NCBI GenBank assembly: GCA_003427395.1
Contig: BFEA01000019.1
Coordinates: 337,026 to 401,025, forward strand
Origin: Chara braunii
Lineage: Eukaryota; Plantae; Charophyceae
DNA: 64,000 nt
Direction of reading: 5' to 3'
Made by a program: the position numbers and the translations under genes. Below the pieces are notes generated by a model. It was not told the origin of the DNA and ran no database searches. It saw nothing but the letters and a program-made list of their open reading frames with translations. The number at the start of each line of letters is the position of its first letter. The stretch's first letter is position 1. Positions 13,676 to 26,567 of the stretch are shown here, piece by piece.

Positions 13676-14502
13676 TTATAAGCCACACACGAGCAAGAAA
13701 AAAAAGACAACAGTAACATCCAGAATGTGTCCGCCTTACGGGTGAGGTGCATTCTGTGAAGGAAGACTCTGAGCACGGCCTCCAAGACTACCCTGGCCGA
13801 CATCATTGCAGTAGAGATAGTATTTTCTTTTTTTCCTTTTTCTTTCACTTGCGGGCAATACAAAAATCTGATTTATGGGACAGTGCCGACCCTGTGTCCC
13901 ACGCCCGATAACTTCGGGAACTGGCACAACATCGTAATTTCCCAACACTGGCGGAGGTACTATGTGAGATGATTTTCCTTACATTATTTTATTTTTAATT
14001 CAAATTATGTGAAGAATTTGGAAGTGACCCTCAGCAAAATGTTGTAACAGTTTGGTTTGCTATTCTGCACAACGTACTTTTTTTTTTTTTTTTTTTTTTT
14101 TTTGGGGGGGGGGGGGATATGGGCTGGGACCCCTCCCGGCCCAGTTGCCCGGCCGGTCGTCCCGGCAGGTCCCGTGACAGCTTTGGCGACCGGGGCGGCA
14201 CGACTGGTAGCCCAGAAAAAAAACTCCATTTTAACGACAACACAGCTAAAGGTAACTCAAGGACAAATTGCGAAACGGGAAAAAAACTCAATTTTAACAA
14301 AAACAGGGCTAAAGGTCACTCAAGGGGACAAATTGCTAACTGGAAAAAAAACGCATTTTTTTAACGAAAACACAGCTAAGTACAGTTCGCCATGGTACGT
14401 TGTCAGTCAGCAGATTGCTCCCAAAAACATTCCTGTTCTTTATTTATTTTTTTGGATTTGTGTTGGATGTATCTGTGTGCTGAATTGCTGTGTTGTTATC
14501 AG

Positions 14503-14578
14503 GCGGTGGAGAGCAGGTGACCAACGCTGTAGTGAAAGGAGCAAAGGGGCTCAGCATGGGAGACCTTGCCCTGACAGA
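14503..14578 (+). CDS. Putative 76-nt internal coding exon of an unidentified gene (GGEQVTNAVVKGAKGLSMGDLALT)
   Basis: gttgttatcag acceptor and gtgagt donor; paralogue of same length and frame at 53728-53803 (-). Confidence 0.55.
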
Positions 14579-14740
14579 GTGAGTGCATACTATGGAGCTG
14601 CGTTGCACGACATTCGCGTTCGCCGGCGAATGCGAACACGTTCGGGCATGGAAATCCGGCGAATGTGAATGTGCTTTTTTTTTTTCTTTTTTTTCTTTTT
14701 TGTGATGTGGGGGGGATGGGGGGGGGGNNNNNNNNNNNNN

Positions 14741-15435
14741 GGACAGATGGGTGGCATTCTCACCGGACATACCGATATCCCATCTGCCCCTGGACCCTGG
14801 GGAATGGGAATGGACCAGCACAACTGCCAGAGGCAAACCCTGCACTAGAACGCTGCATAACTTGACAGTCAAAGCCACATACAGATTACTCCGTCCAAAA
14901 ATTAACCTAAGGGACCAGGTGGAAGAGAGATGGATGAAACAACTGAATATTGCTAAAGAATCGTTGAGGGGCGTGAAATGGTTCCAGCTAACCAAGAAGA
15001 AACCGGCGAACTTGGCATCCTTGCAATGGCAGATGGAACACCGTTGCCTACCAACCAACAACTGGTTGATAGACAGAACCACCTTGGAACAGAGGGGACT
15101 GGCACTCCCCTGGTGCAGAATATTCTCCAACGCATTTCCATTTAGAAAGATACCGGAGACAATGGAACACATATTCCTACAATGCCCAGGAGCGGTCTGG
15201 CTTTGGCGCTGGTGGGACAGAGTATGGGACCAGTTAGGAACAGGGGTACCTTGGCCATGGGACTGGAAAGCCCTGCTGTTCGAAAGATGGCCTCTTGAGC
15301 AGCAGGATGATTTCACACTCAATATCTTTCAACAAGGAAGAAGGGCAATAATGCGGGCACTGTGGAGACGTCGCTGCACGTTTGAAATGGAAGGAATGAG
15401 GTTGGAGGGGCCAGAATTCACAGAGAGTATACAAC
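14741..15435 (+). other. LINE zf-RVT segment matching 32371-33065, probably a misplaced assembly copy
   Basis: Same sequence at an offset of 17630; bounded by an N gap and a Nextera adapter. Confidence 0.8.
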
Positions 15436-15473
15436 CTGTCTCTTATACACATCTAGATGTGTATAAGAGACAG
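15436..15473. other. Nextera mate-pair junction adapter (inverted Tn5 mosaic ends), library artefact
   Basis: Exact CTGTCTCTTATACACATCT+AGATGTGTATAAGAGACAG. Confidence 0.98.
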
Positions 15474-16555
15474 GAGGAGGAGAGAGAGAGAGAGAGAGGA
15501 GGAGGAGGAGGAGGAGGAGGAGGAGGAGGAGGAGGAGAGAGAGAGAAAGAAGACGATGAAAGGAGGAGGAAAAGGAGAAGATGAAGACGACGAAACGAGT
15601 AGAAGAGAAGAAGATACGAAGAGGAGAAGAAGAAGAAGAAGAAGAAGAAGAAGAAGAAGATGAAGATGACGAAAGGAGTAGAAGAAGAAGAAGAAGAAGA
15701 AGAAGAAGAAGAAGAAGAAGAAGAAAAATGAAGGGAAGAAGAAGAAGAAGAAGAAGATTGAAAAAAAAAAACAAAGAAAAAAAAAAGTCGCACTTGTTGA
15801 CGTGGCAGCCGCGCGACTACGACGGAACTTGGGGAGGAGGAGGAGATGTGAACAAGAAGAAGAACAAGAAGAAGAAAAGAAGAAGAGAAGAAGAAGAAGA
15901 AAAAGAAGATGTGAAGAAGAAGAAGACGACGAAGAAGAAGAAGATTGAAAAAAACGGGAAAAAAAAACGCCGCGCATGCTGACCTGGCAGCCGCGTGACG
16001 ATGACAGAACTCGGGGAGAGGGAGGAGACAGAGGAGGAGGAGCCTAGGAGGAGGAGACAAAGATGACCAAAGGAGGAGGAGATGGAGGAGGAGGACAGAA
16101 GAAGAAGAAGGAGAAGGAGAAGAAGAAGAAGAAGAAGAAGAAGAAGAAGAAGAAGAAGAAGAAGAAGGTCGCGTGTGCTGACGTGGTAGCCACGCGACAC
16201 AACAGAACTTGGGGAGAAGGAGCCTTCAAGGAGGAGATGGAGGAAGAGGGGGATGGGGAGGAGAAGAGGAGAACAAGACGATGAAAGGAGGAGGAGATGG
16301 AGAAGGAGGAGAGAGAAGAAGAAGAAAAAGAAGAAGAAGAAGAAGAAGAAGAAGAAGAAGAAGAAGAAGAAGAAGAAGATACGAAGAAGAAGAAGAAGAA
16401 GAAGAAGAAGAAGAAGAAGAAGAAAATAAAAAAAAGGAAAAAAAATGGTCGCTCGTGCTGACGCGGCAGCCACGCAACGATGACCGGACTTGACGAGGAG
16501 GAGGACATGGAGGAGGTGGAGGAGGGCGAGGAGGAGGACGAGGAGGACGAGGAGG
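15474..16555. repeat. (GAA)n/(GGA)n low-complexity array with interspersed repeated units
   Basis: Recurring tgacg(t/c)ggcagcc.cgc.ac..gac.gaact motif between purine tracts. Confidence 0.85.
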
Positions 16556-17953
16556 TGTCTTACCTTAGAGCTATGGGCGCCGAACGTGGCAGCGGCCGGA
16601 GCGCGGGGCCATGTGCGGGCAGGACTGACCAGTTTCGAATTCGAAACTGACCCTTCCTCCTCCCCCCCCCCCTCCTCAAAGTGGACCGGATTCTCACGCC
16701 CGGCCCCACCCGAAACACAACCACCAGTGCTCCCCCAGGTCCCTCTAAAGCCCTGCCGGCGACCAGTACCGGCCCAGGCGAACCCCTTTCGCCGGGCTCA
16801 AAAACATGTTCGCGAGAACGTGATCTCGACCCCTTCGCGCGAACGGGAAGGGCGGCGAACACATTCGCCCAACTTCGCCGTGCTACGCAGCTATGGAGTA
16901 TTATGAACCCAACTTGTAATTGTTTGGTATCATATCACACATAATCGCAGTCCTAATGTTACTTCTAGATGGATATTGTTCCTTGACCACATAAATTTAT
17001 TTCATGATCGAGTGCCTACATTCAGCTGTAGCGCGTAGGGATGATGAGCATGAACTTCAGAGCGATCCACTTCCAGCTGTTGCTTATGTTTAGTCTGTTT
17101 ATTTGTCACGTATGGTTACTCACCATGTTGAGTCGCAAGCAACTCGAATGTACATTTTCATGATATGAGTTTTAGCAATGTTTCATTTTCTTACAAATCA
17201 TTCACCAGGACCACCACCACCACCACCTTCTTCTTCTTCTTCTTCACAATCTTCTTCAGAATCTTCAGAATCTTCTTAAGAATCTTGAAGTTCTTAGAAT
17301 CTTCTTCAGAATCTTCAGAATCTTCTTCTTCCTCAGAGGAGGAGGAGGAGCAGGAGGAGGAAAGTAGTGTGTTCTTAATCTTCCTGCAGTTTGCCGAGTG
17401 ACCACAGCGGCATGTCATTGGGCGCTCTGTTGCTTTCCTTTTTCATATTTTCACCTTCTTTCTGATCAGTTTTCCGCCTCTTCTTCCTTGCCCTCACTTT
17501 CTTAGCTTTAGTTGTTTATCACTCTACATCTGGTTTTACTCTGCCTCCATGTCTGAGTGTCTGGCGGAGGGTAGAACGGGGTTCCCCGCTCCAACCTTAG
17601 AGCGGCGTCCTACATCCGTCGTACCCTGTCCTACCCCCAGTTCAACGGGGTAAAGCGGCACCCGCCAAACTTGGCCAAAGAGCGCTGTACCAAGCAAGGG
17701 GGGGGCAACCCCGTTTCGGTGGCATGGGGGGGTGCCTCTGGCAGTCGGAAACCCCCCTGCGCTGCCGAATTTTTTTTCGTATTTTTTTAAGAAAAAATAA
17801 ATATGTGGGGGTTGAAAAATCGCGTCTTCGGCCGTCAGACCCTTTGTGGGACCGACAGCTAGAGAGAACCTGCTCGCAAGGTTAAGTTTGGGGGGCTGCC
17901 AGGAGGCACTTCCGAAGCTCACTGGTGGAGGGCACAGTGATGTGGGGGGGGGG

Positions 17954-18008
<55 letters not shown>

Positions 18009-18283
18009 NNNNNNNNNNNNNNNNNNNNNNNNNNNNNNNNNNNNNNNNNNNNNNNNNNNNNNNNNNNNNNNNNNNNNNNNNNNNNNNNNNNNNNNNNNNN
18101 NNNNNNNNNNNNNNNNNNNNNNNNNNNNNNNNNNNNNNNNNNNNNNNNNNNNNNNNNNNNNNNNNNNNNNNNNNNNNNNNNNNNNNNNNNNNNNNNNNNN
18201 NNNNNNNNNNNNNNNNNNNNNNNNNNNNNNNNNNNNNNNNNNNNNNNNNNNNNNNNNNNNNNNNNNNNNNNNNNNNNNNNNNN

Positions 18284-18347
<64 letters not shown>

Positions 18348-18952
18348 TCACGGTGGCAGTCTAGAGCGTCAGGAGCATCTGCGAGTGGCGGGAGGGGTGT
18401 AGAGGGTTGTTGGGGAGGGGTGTTCAAGTTGAGGAACGTTGGGGAAGGGTGTTGAGGGGTGTAGGGGAGGGGTGCTGAGGGGTGCAGGGCAGGGTGTTAA
18501 GGGATGGAGGGGGGGTGGCGGTATGTTGAGGGATTTTGGGCAGGGGTGCAGGGGATGGGTGTGTTGATCGCTGTAGGGGAGGGATGTTCATGGGTGTAGA
18601 GGCGTAGAGGGGTGTTTTTTTTTTGGGTTGTTTTCGGAGTGGGGGGGCCTTAGTCCTCATCATCCGCAACCCCCCACCCCTCGCGCGTTTGTCAAAAGCG
18701 GGTGAGACGGAGTCACGGAGGGGAAAAGAGGTAGAACGGGGTTAGAGCGTGGGTAGGGGGGGTTAGAGCGGCGCTCTAACAGCGCCCTACTACCCCGCTC
18801 TGCCCGTCTTTCCCCACTTCCTAAGTTCCTAGCTCCATGCTAAACTTTCTGGTACATATTTGTGATCCAGTAAAATTGACGATTATATTTTTTGTTTACA
18901 TTCTTTGCTGCTTTGGGTAATGTTTCCTCCATGTCGCTGCCGGACACTGCGT

Positions 18953-20637
18953 ATGTTTTTCTTTTTCTGCAGCACTGTGTGTGAGCTTTGAAGCTCTCGT
19001 TTGCGATCATCTTGATCATAGTTGCCGATCTCCGAGCTTCTGCTGCGAATGCATCGAGTTTGCTGCCACCTGATCCAATTTTGCAAATTGGAAAAGCCAA
19101 GACTACACACAAGAATGGACAACACGATCGACGGGGAGTTGAAGTCGTTTCATCGGTTCGTCAAGCTGAGCTGAGAGAGGATCGCCGACTGGAGTTGGCT
19201 GAAGTACATGACAAACTGTCCGGTGATGACAACGGTGAAGGGAGGATGGTAGACTCCGGCCATGCCGCATCCCATCTGCTCAGAGAGGGTACGGAGCGCA
19301 GAGTTCTAAGGACTCATACAAGTTATCTCAGACGCACACGCCCTCTCCGAACTCTGGCTTGGATAAGTTGGATTGACCCACCAAACTCAAACTCATCTGC
19401 TCAGGGGATGAACAAGCTTGCTGTCGGTGTTATGCAGGCAATCAACAGTAAGACGAATTTCAGTGCGAATGGCAGTGCAAATGGAAGTACAAATGTGGTG
19501 TTTTCTCCCCTTAGTGTGTTTACAGTGCTAGCTATGTTGAGTGGGGGTGCGGAGGGCAACACTCTGTCTCAGCTTTTGACAGCACTGAATGCATCCGATG
19601 TTTATCAGCTGAGTGATGGCGTGGGACGCATGCTGTTGCGGGCTGCCGATGATAGCACTGCAAGCCAAGGTGAAGGGGGCCAGAGAACAATGCTGTGTGA
19701 GTTAGCGAACAATCTGTGGGTTCAGAATAGGTTCCCTCTCACGGACCGCTTCGTCAACCTTACAAATTCAACGTACCATGCGGTTCCGCAGGTCGTCGAC
19801 TTTTCTGTCGATGCAGACGCCATTCGTCAGACAATCAATGCTTGGGTTTCAAAAGTCACACATGGTAAGATTTTAGACCTTCTCCCTGTTGGTTCCTTGG
19901 GTAGCGTGACACGAGTGGTACTTGCAAATGCTCTCTATTTTAAAGCTGTGTGGGCTGACAAGTTCAACCAATCATTGATGGAGCCCGGCCCGTTCATGCT
20001 ATCCAGTCAAACTTCGGTTGATGTCCCAATGATGAAGATGAAGGATCTGCAAGGGTCTGTGCACAGCATGTGAAACAAAGAGGGATCGGCAGGGAACTTC
20101 TCTGTGCTGCGGCTACCATATAGAGTGGGGATGGAGAATGAAGGGGTGGGTACGTCGGGGTGGGCGATGTATATATTCCTCCCAGAGAGAGTCGATGGCC
20201 TCGCTGACCTCGTTGCGGAGCTCACTCCTGAGCAGTTGAGCACGTGTCTTTCAATTAGCTCGAGCATAGACAGTGAGGTTTGGATCTCCGAGCTTAGGAT
20301 GCCCCGATTCCGTCTGACGTCAGACACGCTGCTTCTAAGTGATGCCCTTAAGTCAATGGGGATTGTGGATGCATTTGACCCATTGTCTGCAAACTTTACA
20401 GCCATGGCGAACGCCGCTGAATCACCCTACGTGTTAGAAGTATACCACAAAGCTTACGTGGAAGTCAACGAGGAAGGCTCAGAGGCAGCGGCTGCAACGG
20501 CTGTTGGGCTCTTAGGCGCCGGACCTCCTCCCCATACCTTTGTCTCGTTCATCGCCGATCATCCATTTTTGTTCATCATTCAAGACCCTTTAGGAAACAT
20601 CATCATTTTGGGACAGGTCCAGAACCCAACCCTGTAG
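18953..20637 (+). pseudogene. Serpin pseudogene, paralogue of 35779-37443
   Basis: NVVFSPLS, LANALYFKAVW, EVNEEGSEAAAAT and DHPFLF motifs; ATG 18953 out of frame; TGA at 18982 (Trp in paralogue) and at 20071 (Cys in paralogue). Confidence 0.9.
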
Positions 20638-20679
20638 AACCAATTGCTCTAATATCCGTTTGTGAGAAATGCGCTGATC

Positions 20680-20955
20680 TGGATTGTGGGTGTGTTTGAT
20701 GCGGAAATTGATGGAACTTTGATCCAATCGCTGCGAACTTTACAGCCAAGTCGACTGCCGCCACCGTGACCACCACCAGCAAATCGGTGTACGTGTAGCA
20801 GTTGCAGCACGAAGCTTAGTATGTGGAAGTCAACTCAAGTTACTCAACGTGGAGGAGCCAGCCACGGCAACGGTCGTCCCTGGTACTATGCTTGATCGGA
20901 ACAGTTCGCTCTCTTTCATTGCCGCGAATTTGCCGGTTATCTATTCCGGGACCAG
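20680..20955 (+). pseudogene. Degenerate tandem duplicate of the serpin C-terminal/RCL segment
   Basis: FDPIAANFTA...HEA*YVEVN...EEPATATVVPGTML...SFIAANLP, with stops and frameshifts. Confidence 0.7.
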
Positions 20956-21273
20956 ATTTACGAGGACTCACTGACAGGAAGCGTGACCATCAAGAGGAAA
21001 GCAAATGACTAGTAGATATTTGCAGTCATATTCTCTGCTGTGTGAAGGAGCTAGTGTTCATGCCATTCAGAGATCCTATGCTGACCCAAGGTCATTCCAA
21101 GAATCTATCGGTCAGATTCGCTCTTAGAAACTGCATGTTCATGCCTGGATAATAGCCTCGAATGCATAATGTGGAGATGGTGGACCTGCATAATATGAAA
21201 ACCTTTACCGAAGTAAGCTTGAGATGGATGGTAACACATGACAAAAGACAAGAGAAGGGTAGAGATAGGGTGG

Positions 21274-21492
21274 TAAACCTAGACTCTAAACCCATAAACC
21301 CTGATTCTAAACCCATAAACCCGGACTCTAAACCCATAAACCCTGACTCTAAACCCATAAACCGGACTCTAAACCCATAAACCCTGACTTTAAACCCATA
21401 AAACCTGACCAGGCTGACCCTAAGCCCATAAAACTGATTCTATTCGTGTTTCAGTGTTTAAGTGTAAACCTAGACTCTAAACCTATAAACCT
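21274..21492 (+). repeat. 21-bp minisatellite built from degenerate plant telomere repeat (TAAACCC)
   Basis: ctaaacccataaacc(c/g)(t/g)gact tandem units. Confidence 0.85.
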
Positions 21493-22772
21493 CTGCCAGG
21501 CAGGAAAGCTAATGACCATAGCCCCTACACACTGTATTCTAATGCTGTTTCCAAGGGCCGCTGGACCCGGTTTCCCCAGCAGGTGTCGCTGCTCCCCTCC
21601 AATAGATGGAGCAGCCCAATAGCCAAGGCCTCAATCCCGGTGGTTCTCTTACCACCGCCAGCATGGTGGACTTGTGAAAGGGCTTTCCGGTTTCCTTTTT
21701 TTTTTAAGAAAAAAAAAGAAAGAAACAGGAATGGACTTAGTGACACAGAAGATAAGCAGTGGCTTGTTTCAGGAGTACTGGTTAGGGGACGGCAGCACGT
21801 GGCCACACAGATGAGGCCCGAATTTGAAGTGAGCTGATGCTCAAGAAGAAATATAAAGTTTGAGCCCAGCTGTCATCATGGCTGATCTTTTTTTTTCCCT
21901 TTAAAGTTTTATTTTTTCATTTTATTCTCCCCTTCTCCCTTCTATTTTTTTTCTTTTTTTTTGGCCTTGAGACATCATCATTTGAACGAACCGGCAGCGC
22001 CCCCCAGGTAATTCAGAACTGCAGTAGTTTTTAGGGGCTCGTTAGATACTCCTCGGGTGCGTAAATCTTCCGAGGAATTCATCGTTCCACTTATCCTCGG
22101 GGAAGAAAGTGGAAAAAAAATGTGAAAACATTTCCTCGGGGATTCCTTGGGGATTCCTCGGGCTACAGCCATTTCGATGCGTTCGCCAAGGAACCTCCCG
22201 AGGTCCCTCGGAGGTCGAGCATCTGGAAGAATCGGGGCGTTGACGGCAGCTCTCTCGACGACAAATTTCGAACTCAGCTGGTCCATTGCTGTTCCTGGCG
22301 GCCTCTCGACGGACATCTTCGGTCATCAACGTTCAGCGTCATGGAATGGTCCGCCAACGGTCACCGTTGCCGACCCGCCGGCCTCCTAGACGTCTAGAAG
22401 GGGCTGTCTTGCGTCGGTGCCCTTGGCCCCGAGCGGGAAGGCGCCCAACGGCTGGCAGATTCGAATATCTCAGCCGGCCCCCGTTCTCACGATTGCGAAG
22501 TGTCTTCCGCGACGGAATACGTTACCCTTCGTTTGTCGTTATCTGCAATCGGCCGTTTGCACCACTGTTCCTCGCCGTTTCCTGGACGTCCACCATTGTC
22601 TTCTAGCTGCTGTCGTCGTCCACGTGCCTTTCATGGCCGACGTCTTTCGGAGGCTGCTGCTGCTGGTGCTGGTCGTCCTCTTGCTCGTCGTTTTAGTTGT
22701 CTTCCACGTGTGCATCCTTGGTGGCGTTCCACGACGTGCACGCAGAAGACAGTCTTCGAAGAAGGACGTCAG

Positions 22773-24508
22773 GATGGAGGGGCGGAAGGCGATCTGCAGG
22801 TCTGCAGGGGACCTGGGTGGTGACCAGCGGGCTGGGCAAAGCCCGTCGAGTCGTTTAAGGCCGTCGGAGCAATCTAGGTACGCGCACCTACCACTGCACT
22901 TGCAACCTCTGTCGGATACGTCCGACGAGGAGGCGGATGAGAGACGGTCACGGATCGTGCCCTTGGGAAGCGGTTCCACCCAGGAGTGGGCGGCTACAGA
23001 GCTGTGTGGAAGCCGCAACGGCGCGTATCGGCAGCCGTACACCGAACTCCAGGGGCTCAACGGTGACGAAGGCGATGGCGGCATGAATCTGTCGTTCGGG
23101 CTGTGTAGCGGGAGGTCATTGGCCACCTCGTGAACGGTCGTCGTTAACCCCCACCCCGACGACGACGGCGGGCAAGCGACGACGGTTGTGCGGTCATCGA
23201 AGTCTCCAACGCCGGTTCAGGAGACGTCGGGGAGCAACAGAGATCCTCAGAGGCAGCAATCCCGGTCGTCGTGTGTGTCGAGGGGTGCCTCCGCCTGTCC
23301 CCGGTGGATGCAGTCTCCGTCTCCCCTGTCCGCCGGTTCGAGTGCAGCCCGTCATCGTGGCGAATGCGGGGAGACGGATTCTGGCTTCCTCGATATTGGT
23401 GACAACCGGAACGGGAGGGAGGTGTGGGCAGAACCGACGGGGGCTCCGGTCGGGGCGCGAAGAATCCATAACTCGGGGGGTGCAGTGACTGCGTGTGGGG
23501 GAGCACGAAAACGAAAAGGAAGCACCAGTTTTGGATGCGGACGATCACGACGACGACAACGACAGAGAAGGTGGGGAGGAGGACGAAGGCTAAGTGTCGC
23601 CGTTCAGGCAAGACAGCATGGGAGGCAGGGGCGGGAAGACGAAGGGGCGAAGGCATCTGCCCGCAATGGTCGTTGGGGGAAAAAGCGGCGGGGAAGGGGA
23701 GCGATGCCGAAGGTGACGGTGATGCGGAAGGAGGTCGTCACTTCTGGTCCGTCGACGACATTATAACCCTCGTAAGGGCTAAACGTGACCAGGATGCGCA
23801 TCTACAGGGGATGGGTCACGCCTAAGCTCAAATGAAGCCGCGAGAATGGAAGTGGTTAGATGTGAGGTTGAAGAAGGTGGGCGTCGGCAGAGACGCAGAT
23901 AACTGCGGGAAGAAGTGGGATAATTTGATGCAGCAGTTCAAGAAGGTGCATCACTTCCAAGGCTGGTCCAGGAAATAGGACTTCTTCCAATTCTCTGGGA
24001 AGGAGAGGACTTCCAAGGGCTTCGATTTCCACATGGATCGTGCGGTTTATGACGAGATAGTTGGGTCGACCGTCAAGAACCACACCATAAACCCCAAGAA
24101 CGTCGCCGACATGGGTGCTTCGAGTGGTGTGCGTCTGCCGTCCGCCTCTTCTGCGGATCCTGAATCTGTGGGCGATCGGACGCTGGTGCAGGGCACGACG
24201 ACGACGATGATGGGTCGACGAAAGGTTCTTCTCAAACGACGGATAGACCCGGCGGTTTCGGCAAGAGGAAGAGCACGAAGCAGTAAACTTTCGAAGCGAT
24301 GACAAAATGCATGAAGAAGCAGGGGGCGCTAATGGCGTCGACGATGGAGAGCGCCAACAAGCGGCAATGCTCCATCCAAGTCCGACAGTGCGGGGCATTA
24401 GAAGCGGAGGTTGACGTGCAGAAAAAGCTCTACGCAGCGTCAGACGAAGTTAGCAAACTGATGTGCCATGCTGTGTTGGAGATAGCGAAGGCCATTCGTG
24501 AGCGTTAG
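22773..24508 (+). pseudogene. Trihelix-type Myb/SANT DNA-binding protein, disrupted
   Basis: FWSVDDIITLVRAK...WKWLDVRLKKVGVGRDADNCGKKWDNLMQQFKKV; several stops and frameshifts. Confidence 0.8.
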
Positions 24509-24950
24509 AGCTCGTGCTGCCTCTGTTGTGCGCATTGTCGCTTCCATGGATGTGGACGACGAGAAAGTGTGAGCCTTTCCGTCGTCGTTGTAGTCGTGAG
24601 CGGGCCGTCGTGGACATCGTGCTGGCCAGGGAAGTGGGTGGTCATCCGATCGGGTGGATGAGTAATTCTATGGAGATTGACGTTTTCTTTTTTTGTTTGT
24701 TGTAAGCTTTTGCCGTAGGGCGGGACAAATTATTCGGTCATCTCATAATTTAAATTCGCGCCGCTGAAGTGCAGTATGCATTTTTCTTTTTTTAATGATG
24801 ACCTGGATTTGCTTTTCTCCCTCCCTTTCTCTCTATCTACTTGTCTCTCTCCCTTTGTCTCTCTCTTTTCGTCTCTTCCCCCCTCTCTCTCTCTTTCTCT
24901 CTATCTACTTGTCTCTCTCCCTTTGTCTCTCTCTTTTCGTCTCTTCCCCC

Positions 24951-25002
<52 letters not shown>

Positions 25003-25396
25003 TTCTCTCTATCTCTCTCTCTCTCTCTACAACATGTGTTTTGGTGTCATCTCCCCAAATGAAATAAAAAAAATGCAAACGTTTAACAAAGGTGTTGTCT
25101 TTACTGCCATCCTTGTATGGAATGTTGTTGTTCTTCTCGCAAACGAAAATCGCAGTTGGCGAAATCGTGAATACCCTCACACAGTCGTCGAAGCAGATGT
25201 CCACCTTGTGTTCTTTGGAAATCGTCGTTGCGGGTTGGATGTCTAGTCATTACAATTGGACATTTCGAAATGTGTTGTTTTAATTTTTTGCTTATTTCGT
25301 GCCATTTTCGGTCCCCGGGTGGGGTGGCGGTTGTCGGAGGTCTTGGTGGGGGGTTCGTTAACCCCTCCCCTTCCTTATGTATGCTATGGTGTTGGG

Positions 25397-25432
<36 letters not shown>

Positions 25433-26567
25433 GGGGGGGGGGGGGGGGGGTTTGTGGGGGGGGGGGGGGGGGGGGGGGGGGTGGGGGGGGGGGGGGGGGG
25501 GGGGGGGGGGAGGGGTTGGGGGTTGCGGGTGGTTTGGGGACAGTGGGATCGGGGAAGTGCGGGCGTTCATGTCCATTCGCGTGCCGTGGCTTCGCGGTTG
25601 CCGTCCTGTCGCGGTGGCGCGCGAGGTCCTTCCCTCTCTTGAATTCAGCAAGGGTGGCGACAAGAAGGGTGGTGAGGTGACGGATGCACACCCACCTACC
25701 CCGCGACCCTTCCCCTTTCGTTTGGCAGTGAGCGATGACCCCTACGACACCATAGTATCGACGGAAGGGCGATGGAATTGTCGTTGAACGGCGGGATAGT
25801 AGTCCTTCCTCGCCGTCCAACCCGCGTCACACGTATTTATAGAGATGCGGGCATCCTTGCCAAATGCACGATTGGACTTTAGACGCCCGATTTACACTCG
25901 CCGTCTCGCCGTCTTGCCTTCATCTGCTCCTGCCTCCTCTCCGCGCTTGCTCTTCTCCGCGAAACAAAGGTAGTCGCCGCAGTGGGTTCCCCATCTTCGA
26001 CGATCCCCGCCTTGCGGTGGGTTCTCCGCCTTCTGCGTGCAGTACTGCTCCCACAAGCCGCTGCCTTCTGCACGCATTCCGCACCCCACTACCCGCCGCC
26101 AATCGTCGCCATCATCGTCGTCGTCTCCGTCTTCGCCGTTGTCGCCGTCGCCGTTGCCGTCGCCGTCTTCATCGTCTTCGCCGTTGTTGCCATCACCTTG
26201 GCCATCGTCGCCGTCTTTGCCATCTTTGATTTTTCGTGCATCGCCATCGTCGCCGTCTTCGTCGTCGTCGCCATCGTCGTTGTTTTCGCCGTCGTTGCCT
26301 TCGTCGTCGTTGCCATCATCGCTATCGTCGTCGTTGTCGCCATCGTCGTCGTCTTCGTCGTTGTCGCCATCGTCACTGTTGTCGCCATCGTCGCCGTCGT
26401 CGTCGTCGTTGTCGTCGCTATTATCGCCATTGTCGACATCGTCACCATCATCGCCATCGCCGCCATCGCAGTGGAGACTATCTTTCCGAACACAGGGCAC
26501 GTTCTACCATCTCCGCGGAGAGTTCAACTTTGCGGCTGATCAATCTTGAAGTGTGTAAATTGGCGCC

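Larger units (their letters stand above)
14598..16890. mobile_element. Non-autonomous DNA transposon with 8-bp TSD (hAT-like)
   Basis: TSD CTATGGAG at 14590-14597 and 16891-16898; TIRs CTGCGTTGCACG / CGTGCTACGCAG; subterminal TTCGC/GCGAA motifs. Confidence 0.75.

Noticed and set aside
15418-16508. Long poly-Ser/Leu/Arg/Glu ORFs
   Set aside because: Products of GAA/GGA microsatellites; likewise the ORFs spanning N gaps and the poly-G, (CT)n and (GTC)n tracts at 24815-26470
17563-18805. DNA transposon around the (GA)n gap
   Set aside because: Shared GGTAGAACGGGG/TAGAGCG motifs at both ends are suggestive, but I could not define clean TIRs or a TSD
20071-20073. In-frame TGA aligned to Cys in the paralogue, suggesting a selenocysteine serpin
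   Set aside because: The same copy also has a Trp-to-TGA at 18982 and an out-of-frame start, and I see no convincing SECIS downstream; a simple nonsense mutation is more parsimonious
21274-21420. CRISPR-like array
   Set aside because: Pure tandem repeats without unique spacers, eukaryotic context, no cas genes
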